Source: an uncultured Clostridia bacterium (lineage in GTDB: Bacteria > Bacillota > Clostridia > TANB77 > CAG-508). Taken from it: a stretch of 37,723 nt of DNA. Position numbers and translations under genes: made by a program. Shown here in pieces: positions 18,799 to 28,984 of this stretch. Positions within the stretch are counted from its first letter, which is position 1. The number at the start of each line of letters is the position of its first letter. The notes beneath the pieces were generated by a model that made no database searches, was not told the DNA's origin, and saw only the letters and a list, made by a program, of their open reading frames with translations. The stretch is taken from NCBI GenBank assembly GCA_944386705.1, contig CALXCC010000003.1, positions 1-37,723 of the forward strand, in the 5' to 3' direction.

Positions 18799-19416
18799 TT
18801 TTTTTGTAAATGTTCTTCTATGTATTGGACATAGTCCATATTCTTTGATTGCTGATATGTGTTTTGCTGTTCCATATCCTTTATGTGAAGCAAATCCATA
18901 TTGTGGGTATATTTCATCCCACTGCCTCATTATTCTGTCCCTTGTTACTTTTGCTAGAATTGATGCTGCTGCTATATTGTAGCATTTTGCATCTCCTTTT
19001 ATTATTGGGTCATATGGTATTCCTCTTGTGTTTATATTAGTTAAAGCATCTACTACGATTAAGTCTGGTTTTATATCTAAACCGTCTACTACTTCTGTTA
19101 CCCCTCTTTTAGTTGCGTTTAGTATATTTATTTCGTCAATTATGTCTTGACCAATTATTGCTACAGAGTAACTTATTGCTTCTTCTATAATTTTGTCATA
19201 TAATTTTTCTCTCTTTTTTTCTGATATTTTTTTTGAATCGTTTACTCCTTCTATCATAGAATCTTTTGGCATAATTACTCCTGCAACTACTACAGGACCT
19301 GCCAGAGGTCCTCTTCCTGCTTCATCTATTCCACAGATATTCTGAAATCCTCTATTGTATAATTCTTTTTCTATTTCTTTTAGTTTTGTTAATCTTTCTA
19401 ATTCTTTTTCTTTCAT
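18790..19416 (-). CDS. rnhB: Ribonuclease HII
   Basis: GIDEAGRGPLAGPVV, NDSKK, KGDAK..IAAASILAKVTRD, HKGYGT. Confidence 0.96.
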   Translation of the reverse strand: MKEKELERLTKLKEIEKELYNRGFQNICGIDEAGRGPLAGPVVVAGVIMPKDSMIEGVNDSKKISEKKREKLYDKIIEEAISYSVAIIGQDIIDEINILNATKRGVTEVVDGLDIKPDLIVVDALTNINTRGIPYDPIIKGDAKCYNIAAASILAKVTRDRIMRQWDEIYPQYGFASHKGYGTAKHISAIKEYGLCPIHRRTFTKKFG

Positions 19417-19494
19417 TTTATTTTCCTTATATATATTATAAATTTTCTTATTTTTTTTTACTTTGATATTAGTTATATATTTATCTTTCTTTTT

Positions 19495-20001
19495 TTATTT
19501 TATTGCGTCTATATCTGTTAGTGAATATTTAACTGTTCCATTATCGCTATATCCTAAAGTATTATAGATTTCAACTGTTGCATTTTCGTCATTAAATTTT
19601 ATTAGATAGTATTCATTATCTTCTGATTTTATTTTATCTAGTCCCCATTCTTTAAATGCTTCTTGTGTTATATTGTAACATTCTTGCACTGGTATTTCAC
19701 TTGGTGCATTTATTCCTGCTTCTGTTGCTTTTTCTAATTTTGCTTTTTCTACATATATTTCATTTCGTACTTCTTCTTTTTTTACATCGTCTGGAGATGG
19801 TCCCATTTTAAAGTTTGCTTCTTCTACATATTCTTTTGCTTTTGCTTCAATTAGCAACATATTTGTTCTTAACTCTTCTAATTTTCCCTTTTTTATTACA
19901 TCTTTTCCACTATATATACTTATTCCTGCAATTATTAATAATACAACAATTGTTACAACTAAACTAATTAATGTTACTCCTAAATCTTTATTTATTTTCA
20001 T
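19495..20001 (-). CDS. Type IV pilin-like protein
   Basis: Short leader and a class III signal peptide-like G|VTLISLVVTIVVLLIIAGISI. Confidence 0.7.
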   Translation of the reverse strand: MKINKDLGVTLISLVVTIVVLLIIAGISIYSGKDVIKKGKLEELRTNMLLIEAKAKEYVEEANFKMGPSPDDVKKEEVRNEIYVEKAKLEKATEAGINAPSEIPVQECYNITQEAFKEWGLDKIKSEDNEYYLIKFNDENATVEIYNTLGYSDNGTVKYSLTDIDAIK

Positions 20002-20162
20002 TGTTTATCATCCTTTTCTTTTTATTTTAAACTTATTATATATTTTTAACTACTTTTTTTCAATAGGATTTTAAAATATTAATCATTTTGATATCATATA
20101 AGTAATTAAATAGCTCAAAGTCAAATGTGTGTATAGCAATCCATCTTTAAATTTTCTAATTT

Positions 20163-20183
20163 TTTTCACAAAATTTTCACAAA
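20163..20183 (+). promoter_or_regulatory. Tandem TTTTCACAAA direct repeat, putative OmpR-family (CssR-like) box upstream of htrA
   Basis: Two copies at 20163-20172 and 20174-20183 (11-bp period). Confidence 0.5.
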
Positions 20184-20251
20184 CCTATTGTATTATACTA
20201 TTAAATTCGGATAAAATTATATTGATAATTTATTTTTTAGGAGGCTTTAAT

Positions 20252-21527
20252 ATGGAAGAAAATGAAAATAAAAAAGAAAATGAAGTAAAAACTAACAGCT
20301 TTAAGACAGTACAAAATCCTAATACATATAATTCATATGCAGAAAATAAGAAGAAAAAAAATTCTTCAAGATTTGGTAGAACTGTGTTAATACCTTTTTG
20401 TAGCGGATTAGTAGGTTGTGCAGTAGTAATTGGTACTTGTTTTGGTGTACCTTCTATTCGTTCAAAAATTATAAATGGCGAATCTTCAGTTTCAAATACC
20501 GGTACAAATAGTTCTCAAAATAGTGGATATGTAAGTCAAACTTCCCTATCTAATTATTCTGATACATCTGTTTATGCAGCTAATAAAATTTTACCTTCAA
20601 TTGTTGGAATAAAAGTAGAATATAATGTAAATTCACTAATTTCAATGTTTGGAACTAAGCCACAAACTTCAACTGCTACTGCAACTGGTTCTGGTATTAT
20701 AATTAGTGAAGATGGTTATATTTTAACTAATAATCATATAGTTTCTACAAGTTCTTCAGAATCATATTATGAAGTTTCTGAAGCCACAAAAGTAACTGTT
20801 ACTTTATTTAATGACGAAACTGAATATGAAGCAAAAATTATTGGTACAGACGAACAAACAGACTTAGCTGTTATCAAAATTGAAAAGAAAGATCTTCCTA
20901 AAGCAGAATTTGCAGATTCTGATAATATAAAAGTCGGAGAATTTGCTATGGCTGTAGGTAATCCATTAGGAATGGAAAGCAGTATTACTTGCCGGAGTTG
21001 TAAGTGCTGTTAATAGAGAAGTTACAGATTCTGATGGAAAAACATTTACATTAATTCAAACAGATGCCGCAATTAATGCTGGCAATAGTGGTGGTGCTTT
21101 AGTAAATAGTGAAGGTCAAGTAATTGGTATTAATACTTTAAAATTGCAAGGCACAGGAATTGAAGGTATGGGATTTGCTATTCCTATTAACTCTACAGAA
21201 GATATTACTTCTCAATTAATTCAATACAGTAAAGTAAAAAGACCTTATATTGGAATTACTGGTATGGATTTAGACGAAAAAACTGCTAAAGCTAATAATT
21301 TAGTAGTTGGAATTTATGTAAAAGCAATTGATGATTTCTCTGCTGCTGAAAAAGCTGGACTAAAAATAGGAGATGTTATTATTGAAGCTGATGGCAAAAA
21401 AATTACTACTATGGATGAATTAACTGAAATTAAAAATTCGCATCAAATTGGTGATGAATTAAAATTAAAAGTAAATCGTGATGGCGAAGAAAAAGAAATT
21501 ACTTTAAAACTTGCTGAACAACCTTAA
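20252..21527 (+). CDS. htrA: HtrA/DegP family serine protease with PDZ domain; needs one +1 shift at CGG 20993-20995
   Basis: GSGIII...ILTNNHIV and TDLAVIK in frame 0. After skipping a C: GVVSAVNR...[16 protein letters not shown]...GMGFAIP plus PDZ; 424 aa. Confidence 0.9.
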
Positions 21528-21554
21528 AACTTAGCAGATTTTGCTAAGTTTTTT
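21526..21554 (+). terminator. Intrinsic terminator after htrA
   Basis: AAAACTTAGCA-GATTT-TGCTAAGTTTTTT. Confidence 0.7.
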
Positions 21555-21656
21555 ATTTTTTCACTTCTAGTTCACAAAATGGACAAAAAAGCTTGTTAAA
21601 ATACAGACATAGTCAGTAGTAATACTGTAAACTAAAAAACATCCCCTTTTATTTTC

Positions 21657-21690
21657 AAAAGAGAAGCTTTAAAATCTAAAGCTTCTCTTT
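21657..21690 (-). terminator. Intrinsic terminator after the 287-aa gene
   Basis: AAAAGAGAAGCTTTA-AAATC-TAAAGCTTCTCTTT. Confidence 0.7.
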
Positions 21691-22554
21691 TTATATTACT
21701 ATTAAATCCATTTCACTAGTATTAGTTGCATTTCCATAAGCATAAACTATATATAAAGTATTATTAGTTAGATAAAATTCTGTTGAATTTTTCAAATTAT
21801 AAATATCACTATTTTTATCTCTTTTATAAATATTATATCCTAAGCTTATTAAATCTTCTGCTTTTTTTTGCTCTATAGCAATTTCCTCATTTATTTTGTT
21901 TTGTATTACTTGCTTATCTAAATGTTCTATGTCTAAAACTTCTTCTAAAGTTATTTCTTTATTATTTCTTAAATCATAATTATATGTTTGAATAATAACT
22001 TTTTGTGCTTTTGATCCCTCTTTCAAATTAGATTTTATCATCACTGATAAAATATCGTCTTGGACATTAGCTACATAATCTACTGTAAATATAATATTTC
22101 TATTTTCACTTTCTAGTACATTATTTGCAATTTTCAAAAATACATCTTCAATTTCTTTATTATAATTATCCACTATTTCGCTTTTTATATTAATATGTGG
22201 TATATGAACTTCCAAATCGAAACTGTTTAGTTTACTTTCTTTTTTTTCGAATTTTGAATATACTAGCTTTTTATCTTGTTCTTCTTTTTTGTTGTCATTT
22301 TGTCCTTCATCATTTTCTATATTATTACTAAAAATTTGACTAAATTCTGATTTTAGTATTTCTATTTCTTCTTCTGTTTTTTCTCCAAGTCCTACTTCCT
22401 GATTAATTCCTATTAATCTTCCAATATCTATCCTTGTATAGAATTGTACATAAAAAGCAATAATAACACAGATGATGCATATAACCATAATAGAAATATA
22501 TAAAAATAATTGTTTTTTCTTAATCTTGTTTTTCTCTGGTAATCTTATATTCAT
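21691..22554 (-). CDS. Membrane-anchored extracellular protein (RsiV/PdaC-like fold possible)
   Basis: One N-terminal TM helix; IPHINI, ILSVMI, TYNYDL...ITLEEV and FYL...LYIVY resemble DUF4163/DUF3298 proteins. Confidence 0.6.
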   Translation of the reverse strand: MNIRLPEKNKIKKKQLFLYISIMVICIICVIIAFYVQFYTRIDIGRLIGINQEVGLGEKTEEEIEILKSEFSQIFSNNIENDEGQNDNKKEEQDKKLVYSKFEKKESKLNSFDLEVHIPHINIKSEIVDNYNKEIEDVFLKIANNVLESENRNIIFTVDYVANVQDDILSVMIKSNLKEGSKAQKVIIQTYNYDLRNNKEITLEEVLDIEHLDKQVIQNKINEEIAIEQKKAEDLISLGYNIYKRDKNSDIYNLKNSTEFYLTNNTLYIVYAYGNATNTSEMDLIVI

Positions 22555-22717
22555 TCTTCAACCTCTTTATCTATTAGTTTACTTTTTTATTATAGCATTT
22601 CTTTCTTTTTTTTTCAATATTAATTTTATATTAATGTTAAGCAAAATATTGACTATTACTTGATTTTGCGATATTATATTGTATATTGAATTTAAATAGA
22701 AACGAGGAATTTAAAGT

Positions 22718-25075
22718 ATGTTATGTTCAGAATGTAATAAAAATCCAGCAATACTTTTTTATAAAAAAATAGAAAATGGAAAAGAATCTTTAGAAGGTTA
22801 TTGTTATGAATGTGCAAATAAAAAAGGAATCAATCCTATAGAAACATTAGCAAAGCAAAATGATATTCTTTCTAAAGATAAAATTAATATTAATGATATG
22901 ACAAAACAATTTGAAACTATTTTTAAAGATTTAGCAGAAAATATAAACTTAGAAGATATAGAGAATATAGATGGAGCCATCACTTTCGAAAGTCCATCTG
23001 ATGGCTCAAATGATGATTCTTCTAAAATAACAGGAGCAGCCATTCCTTTAGGCTCTATTTTTACTAATATGTTTCAAAACAAGGCAAATCAAGGAGAAAC
23101 TGAAGAAAATCACTTTAACCATAAAAAAGTAAAAGTAGAAAAAAGGAAAAATAATAAACAAAATAAAAAAAGAAAATTTTTAGACACCTATGGTACTAAC
23201 CTAACAAATAAAGCAAAAAACAATGAATTAGATTTAGTTATAGGTAGAGAAAAAGAAATTCAAAGAATAATTCAAATATTAAATAGACGTTCAAAAAACA
23301 ACCCTTGTTTAATTGGTGAACCTGGTGTTGGAAAAACAGCTATTGCTCAAGGACTTGCAATTAGAATTGCAAACCAAAATGTACCTGCAAAACTTTTAAA
23401 TAAAGAAGTTTATTTATTAGATATGACAGCTGTTATAGCTGGAACACAATTTAGAGGTCAATTTGAGTCTAGAATGAAAGGAATTATTGACGAATGCAAG
23501 GAAGCTAGAAATATCATTTTAGTAATAGATGAAATCCATAATATTATTGGTGCAGGAGATGGTGAACATTCAATGAATGCTGCAAACATTTTAAAACCTG
23601 CCCTATCAAATGGTGAAATTCAATTGATTGGTACTACAACTTTAAAAGAATATAGAAAATATATCGAAAAAGACTCTGCATTAGAAAGAAGATTCCAGCA
23701 AGTTTTAGTAGAAGAACCAAATGTAGAAGACTCAATTAGTATTCTAGATGGAATTAAAAAATATTACGAAGAATATCATAAAGTAAAAATATCTTCTGAT
23801 GTTATTCGTCAAGCTGTTATAATGTCTGAAAAATATATTCACGATAGATTTTTACCAGATAAAGCAATAGACATTTTAGATGAGGCTTGTTCTAGAATAA
23901 ACTTAGAAAATAAAGATTTATTTAAATTAGAAATGCTAAAACAAGAACTTGTAAAAGTTCAAAATGAAAAAGAAGAAGTTATTGCAGCAGATTCAACTGA
24001 AGATTATCAAAAAGCCGCTGATTTAAAAACACGCGAATGTCAACTAATTGAAGAAATTGACTCTCTAAACAAAAAAATGAAACCAAAACAATTAACTATA
24101 CAAGATATTGCAAATGTTATTGAAAGTTGGACCAAAATACCTGTTAAAAAAATAACAGAAGCTGAAACTTTAAAACTATTGAACTTGGAAAACAATCTTC
24201 ATAAAAGAATTATTGGTCAAGACGAAGCAGTATCTAGCGTTTCTAAAGCAATTAGAAGAAATCGTGCAGGATTAAAAAGCACTAAAAGACCACCTTCATT
24301 TATATTCGTTGGTCCAACAGGTGTAGGTAAAACAGAACTTGCAAAAAGCTTAGCATATGAAATGTTTGGAAGTGAAGATGCAATTATTCGTATCGATATG
24401 TCTGAATATATGGAAAGTCACTCTACATCTAAATTAATAGGTGCACCTCCAGGATACGTTGGCTATGACGATGCTGGGCAACTAACAGATAAAGTTAAAA
24501 GAAAACCATATTCTATAATTTTATTAGACGAAATTGAAAAGGCACACCCAGACGTTTTCAACATTTTATTACAAGTATTAGATGATGGAAAATTAACAGA
24601 TAGCCAAGGAAATTCAGTAAGTTTTTCCAATACAATTATAATTATGACTTCTAATGCCGGTTCTAATACCAATACAAATTCTATTGGATTTGGTAAGCAA
24701 ACTATAGATAAAAACAAAATAATTGACCGTTTAAAAGATGTATTTAGACCAGAATTCTTAAATCGAGTAGATGAAATAATAAGCTTTGATTCATTAACTA
24801 AAGAACAACTTTTACAAATTGTTGACTTGATGTTAAAAGATACCGCAAAAGCGTTAGATGAAAAAGACATTAAAATGAATCTTACTTTAAATGCAAAACA
24901 ATATATTTTAGAAAAGGGAACTGATATTAAATTCGGAGCAAGACCTTTAAGAAGAGCTATTCAAAGATACATTGAAGATGAACTTTCTGAAATGATTTTA
25001 AAAGGTGAACTTTTAGATGGTCAAACTGTAAAAATAGATTTAAAAAATGATAAATTAAAATTTGAAGTAAAATAG
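22718..25075 (+). CDS. ClpE/ClpC-type AAA+ chaperone with N-terminal zinc finger
   Basis: CSEC...CYEC, two AAA modules (GEPGVGKT, GPTGVGKT), RFLPDKAID, GAPPGYVGY, GARPLRR. Confidence 0.9.
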   Translation: MLCSECNKNPAILFYKKIENGKESLEGYCYECANKKGINPIETLAKQNDILSKDKININDMTKQFETIFKDLAENINLEDIENIDGAITFESPSDGSNDDSSKITGAAIPLGSIFTNMFQNKANQGETEENHFNHKKVKVEKRKNNKQNKKRKFLDTYGTNLTNKAKNNELDLVIGREKEIQRIIQILNRRSKNNPCLIGEPGVGKTAIAQGLAIRIANQNVPAKLLNKEVYLLDMTAVIAGTQFRGQFESRMKGIIDECKEARNIILVIDEIHNIIGAGDGEHSMNAANILKPALSNGEIQLIGTTTLKEYRKYIEKDSALERRFQQVLVEEPNVEDSISILDGIKKYYEEYHKVKISSDVIRQAVIMSEKYIHDRFLPDKAIDILDEACSRINLENKDLFKLEMLKQELVKVQNEKEEVIAADSTEDYQKAADLKTRECQLIEEIDSLNKKMKPKQLTIQDIANVIESWTKIPVKKITEAETLKLLNLENNLHKRIIGQDEAVSSVSKAIRRNRAGLKSTKRPPSFIFVGPTGVGKTELAKSLAYEMFGSEDAIIRIDMSEYMESHSTSKLIGAPPGYVGYDDAGQLTDKVKRKPYSIILLDEIEKAHPDVFNILLQVLDDGKLTDSQGNSVSFSNTIIIMTSNAGSNTNTNSIGFGKQTIDKNKIIDRLKDVFRPEFLNRVDEIISFDSLTKEQLLQIVDLMLKDTAKALDEKDIKMNLTLNAKQYILEKGTDIKFGARPLRRAIQRYIEDELSEMILKGELLDGQTVKIDLKNDKLKFEVK

Positions 25076-25084
25076 GAGAAAATC

Positions 25085-25663
25085 ATGTTAAAACACATAC
25101 CAAACGCATTAACAATTATTAGATTTTTATTAATACCTTTAATATTATTTTATGTTTTTACTGGAAATTATATTTTAGCTTTTGTATTTTTTACTATTTC
25201 TGGTTTAACAGATATAGCAGATGGTTGTATTGCAAGAAAATTTAAATTAATTTCTAATTTTGGAAAATTAATGGATCCACTAGCTGATAAATTAACACAA
25301 ATAGCAACACTAACATCTTTAGTAATTACTAATATTATACCTTTATGGATTTTAATTATAGTATTACTAAAAGAATTTATTATGATTGTTGGAGCATCTT
25401 TCCTTTATGGAAAAGATGTTGTTGTATATAGCAAATGGTATGGTAAATTAGCTACGGTTTTATTTTATCTAGCAATAGTTTCATCTCTACTTGTTAAACA
25501 ATTTGCACTTACCGGTATATGGGAAAATATAGATTTCGGATTATATTGTTTAGCTTTAATTGCAACTATTTTTTCACTTATTATGTATATTAAAGACTTG
25601 TATCAAAAAGGTTTTATAGATAAACAAGACTTAAAAAAAGTGAACTTTAGGGACGTTCCTTAA
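25085..25663 (+). CDS. pgsA: CDP-diacylglycerol--glycerol-3-phosphate 3-phosphatidyltransferase
   Basis: IPNALTIIR and TDIADGCIARK...GKLMDPLADK CDP-alcohol phosphotransferase motif. Confidence 0.85.
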   Translation: MLKHIPNALTIIRFLLIPLILFYVFTGNYILAFVFFTISGLTDIADGCIARKFKLISNFGKLMDPLADKLTQIATLTSLVITNIIPLWILIIVLLKEFIMIVGASFLYGKDVVVYSKWYGKLATVLFYLAIVSSLLVKQFALTGIWENIDFGLYCLALIATIFSLIMYIKDLYQKGFIDKQDLKKVNFRDVP

Positions 25664-25750
25664 AGTTCATCTTTTTTTGTAAAATACTTACTTGTAATCA
25701 GCTTTAATACTGAAATGAACTTTAAGGAACGTCCCTAAAGTTCACTTTTT
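25635..25750. repeat. Perfect 36-bp inverted pair of self-palindromic REP-like units
   Basis: AAAAAGTGAACTTTAGGGACGTTCCTTAAAGTTCAT (25635-25670) and its exact reverse complement (25715-25750). Confidence 0.85.
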
Positions 25751-26348
25751 ATTCAAAATCTTCTATCAATTGATTTAGGTTTTGTTTTCCATTTACTTCT
25801 ATTCCCTTTTCCATATTAATTTTATCAGTTTCTGTTAAATACTCTGTAGATATATCAGTTCTTTCATATTCCTTTTCTGTACCGTCTTCTAGAACTTCAT
25901 ATATTATAACAAGTCCTTCTTTTTCTCTTACGATAAAATGCTCTCCACAATTTCCTTCTTCTTCTTTTGTTAAAGTTATTTCTGTATCCGAAAATTTTTC
26001 TATTTTCCAATCACTATATTTTTCTTGCAATTCTTTTTCTGTCTTATTTACAAATTCCTCTGGAACTTCCATATATTTATTTGTAGTATGACCACATTTT
26101 TTAAATGTTACTTTGAAAGTAACAAATGCATTAGGCGAAATTTTTTCTTCTGTATAATTTGTTTCTTCTACTCTATTTTCTTCTTTTTTTTCATTTTTAA
26201 CAATGCTATTAGTTGCATTTACTACTTCTGTCTTTGCTGTCAAATCTTCAGTTTGTTTTTTATCTTTAGGTTTATAAATAATAATTCCTGTAATCATAGC
26301 TAATATTATTACTATTATTGCAAGTATTGTAACTATAGTTTTATTCAT
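25749..26348 (-). CDS. BofC C-terminal domain protein
   Basis: N-terminal TM, KCGHT, and C-terminal TDISTEYLTETD...KGIEV......LIEDFE. Confidence 0.75.
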   Translation of the reverse strand: MNKTIVTILAIIVIILAMITGIIIYKPKDKKQTEDLTAKTEVVNATNSIVKNEKKEENRVEETNYTEEKISPNAFVTFKVTFKKCGHTTNKYMEVPEEFVNKTEKELQEKYSDWKIEKFSDTEITLTKEEEGNCGEHFIVREKEGLVIIYEVLEDGTEKEYERTDISTEYLTETDKINMEKGIEVNGKQNLNQLIEDFE

Positions 26349-26433
26349 ATCTAAAACTCCTCCATATATCTTTTTTATTAGTCTTAACTCTTTTTTCTAC
26401 TTTTATACCATTTAATTACAATATTTTATTAAT

Positions 26434-28981
26434 TTACCAATTTTCTATTTCTACTGTAGTTTTTATTATTCTTCCTTTTCTATCCACAAAAAATGATATT
26501 TCTCCACTTTCGTCTGTTCTATAAATCTTTATTTTATCTTTTTCTAATCTTTTTATTACTTCTTCCGAAGGATGCTTAAACATATTGTTCTTGCCTACAC
26601 CTATAATTGCAATTTTAGGATCTACTAATTTTATAAATTCCTCTGTTGAAGATGTTTTTGAGCCATGATGAGCTACTTTTAGAATATTAGCTTTTAAAAT
26701 TTTTTCTTTGTTATCATATTCCTCTAAAATTTTTTTCTCTGCTATTTTTTCAATATCTCCTGTAAATAACATACTAAATTTTTTATATTCCATTTTCATT
26801 ACCATTGCATTATTATTTAGTACATTTTCTTCTATTTGTTTTTTATTAGGCCATAAAATATTAAAGTATAAATCCTTTTCTATTTTTACTCTGCTTCCTT
26901 TTTCTACTATTATTACTTTTAATTTTTTTTCTTTCACTTTTTTTACAAATTCTTTATAATTGCTAGACTCTTCTATCTGTTTTGTTATTACAATTTTTCC
27001 TACTTTTAATTCTTCTAATATACTTAAAATTCCGACCAATATGGTCTTGGTCAAAATGACTAATAAAAATATAATCTATTTTAGTAAATCCTTTATCTAA
27101 AATATATGGAACAACTGTACTTTTACCCACATCAAACTCCTTAGAGCTACTGCCTCCCCCATCAATTAAAATTGTTTTTTTACTAGGTGTTATAATAAAT
27201 GTGCTATCTCCTTGTCCTACATCTAAAAAATGAATTTCTAGATTTTGTGTTTTTGCTTTCAGAAAAGCTGTTAAAAAAATAAATATAAATATTATTACTA
27301 CTAATTTTCTAATCTTCATTTTATTTTGTATTATTTTGTATTTTATTAATGCTATATTATTTTTTATTCTAAAATCGGTTATATTTAAGTTTTTATCAAG
27401 ATAAATTTTTACTATATAATTCATAATAAAAATAAAAATATAATAAAGAATTATAACTATAATATCGGGAGTTGGTAAATAGATTTTTGCAAATGGTAAT
27501 TCTCCTGTTTTTATTATCTGCAATAAAAACCAGATTAAAAATTTAGATATATATGATAATAATTTAGCTAATGGTAATGAAATAAATGAGAGAATAACTG
27601 TGATTGTCCCTACTATTACAATAGGTCCAATAATAATACTTGCAAAGATATTTGTTATAAAAAAATATGTTCCTAATAAATTAAAATGATATATCATAAT
27701 AGGAAAAATTGCTATTGTAGCTGACAATGTTACTGCTAATATTTCTTTTATTTTATCTATTATTGAAATGATTTTTCGATTTATTTTGTATTTCAATTTT
27801 TTATTTTTAATTTTTATATTTTTTAAAATTTTATATATATTTTTATTAAATAAAATGATTCCTATTGTTCCTAAATACGATAATTGTAATCCTATATCCA
27901 TAATTAAAAATGGGTTATAAATTAAAATAATAAATAATGAAATTGAAATGGAAGTTGAAATATCATTTTTCCTATAAAAAAGATATGCTCCAAGTGATAT
28001 AATTGCCATAATACTAGCTCTTGCTAAAGAAGCAGAAAAGCCAGTGATTCCTATATATACGCTCAAAATTATTATAGTTAAAATTCTTGTTTTTCTTTTT
28101 CCAATTATTTTTCCAAATATAATTTCAATTCCTAATATAATATATACAATATGCATCCCAGATACAGCTAAAATATGTGAAAGATTTGTAATTCTAAATC
28201 CTTCTATTATTTCTTCTTCGATATATTCCTTATTTCCTAAAAGTATCCCATCCATAAGTGCTGACGTTTTTTTGTCCATTACTTTTTTCATATTTTCTTC
28301 TATTTTTATAGAAATTTTACTAATGTATTGAAGAAAAGGGTTATATGCATTTTCTTTTTTCACTTTTATTTCTTCTGCTTTTATACTCCCATAAATCCCT
28401 TTTGTCTTTAAATATTCTTTATAATCAAAACCTTTTTCATTTCTAGACGTTGTAGGTTCTAAAAAACTTCCTTTGAAGCTTATTTTATTTCCATATTTTA
28501 ATTCTACTCTTTGCTTTTTTGGTACTTTTAAATATAAATTCGTATTAGTATATTTAGAGCTTTTGTTTATTTTTATTATCTTTATTTTATAAACATCTTC
28601 ATATTCCTTCTCTTTTTTGTTACTAATAACAATAGCTTCTCCGCTAACATTTTCTACATCTTTATATAGGTTTTCATATTTTTTATTTTGGAAAATTATA
28701 ATTGAATTTGAAATAATCGAAAAAATTATAATACATAAAATAACTTTAGAATTAATAAATATTTTTAGATATCTAACATATCTTTTTAAACTTAAAAGTT
28801 TTAGTTTAGAAATTTTTTTTGGTCGATTTTTTATTATTTTTTTTGCTATTAGATAAATTACAATAATCGGTATATAAAAACGGACTATACTTATTTTTAA
28901 GTATAGCCCCACTATAATTCCTATTATATATCCAATTACTGCAACTAAAATTGGTCTTTTTATAAAAATCCCTTCTTTCAA
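26434..28981 (-). CDS. comEC: DNA internalization competence protein ComEC/Rec2; needs one +1 shift at CGG 27032-27034
   Basis: SHILAVSGMH, GLQLSY, FLDVGQGDS, LIDGG, SHFDQDHIG, then (C skipped) GILSILEE...LFTGDIE...LKVAHHGS...HPS; about 848 aa. Confidence 0.9.
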
Positions 28982-28984
28982 TTG

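Noticed and set aside
22648-22667. Possible CtsR box upstream of the ClpE-like gene (ATTGACT-ATTA-CTTGATT)
   Set aside because: Spacing and sequence deviate from the heptad repeat consensus; it is equally explained by -35 elements.
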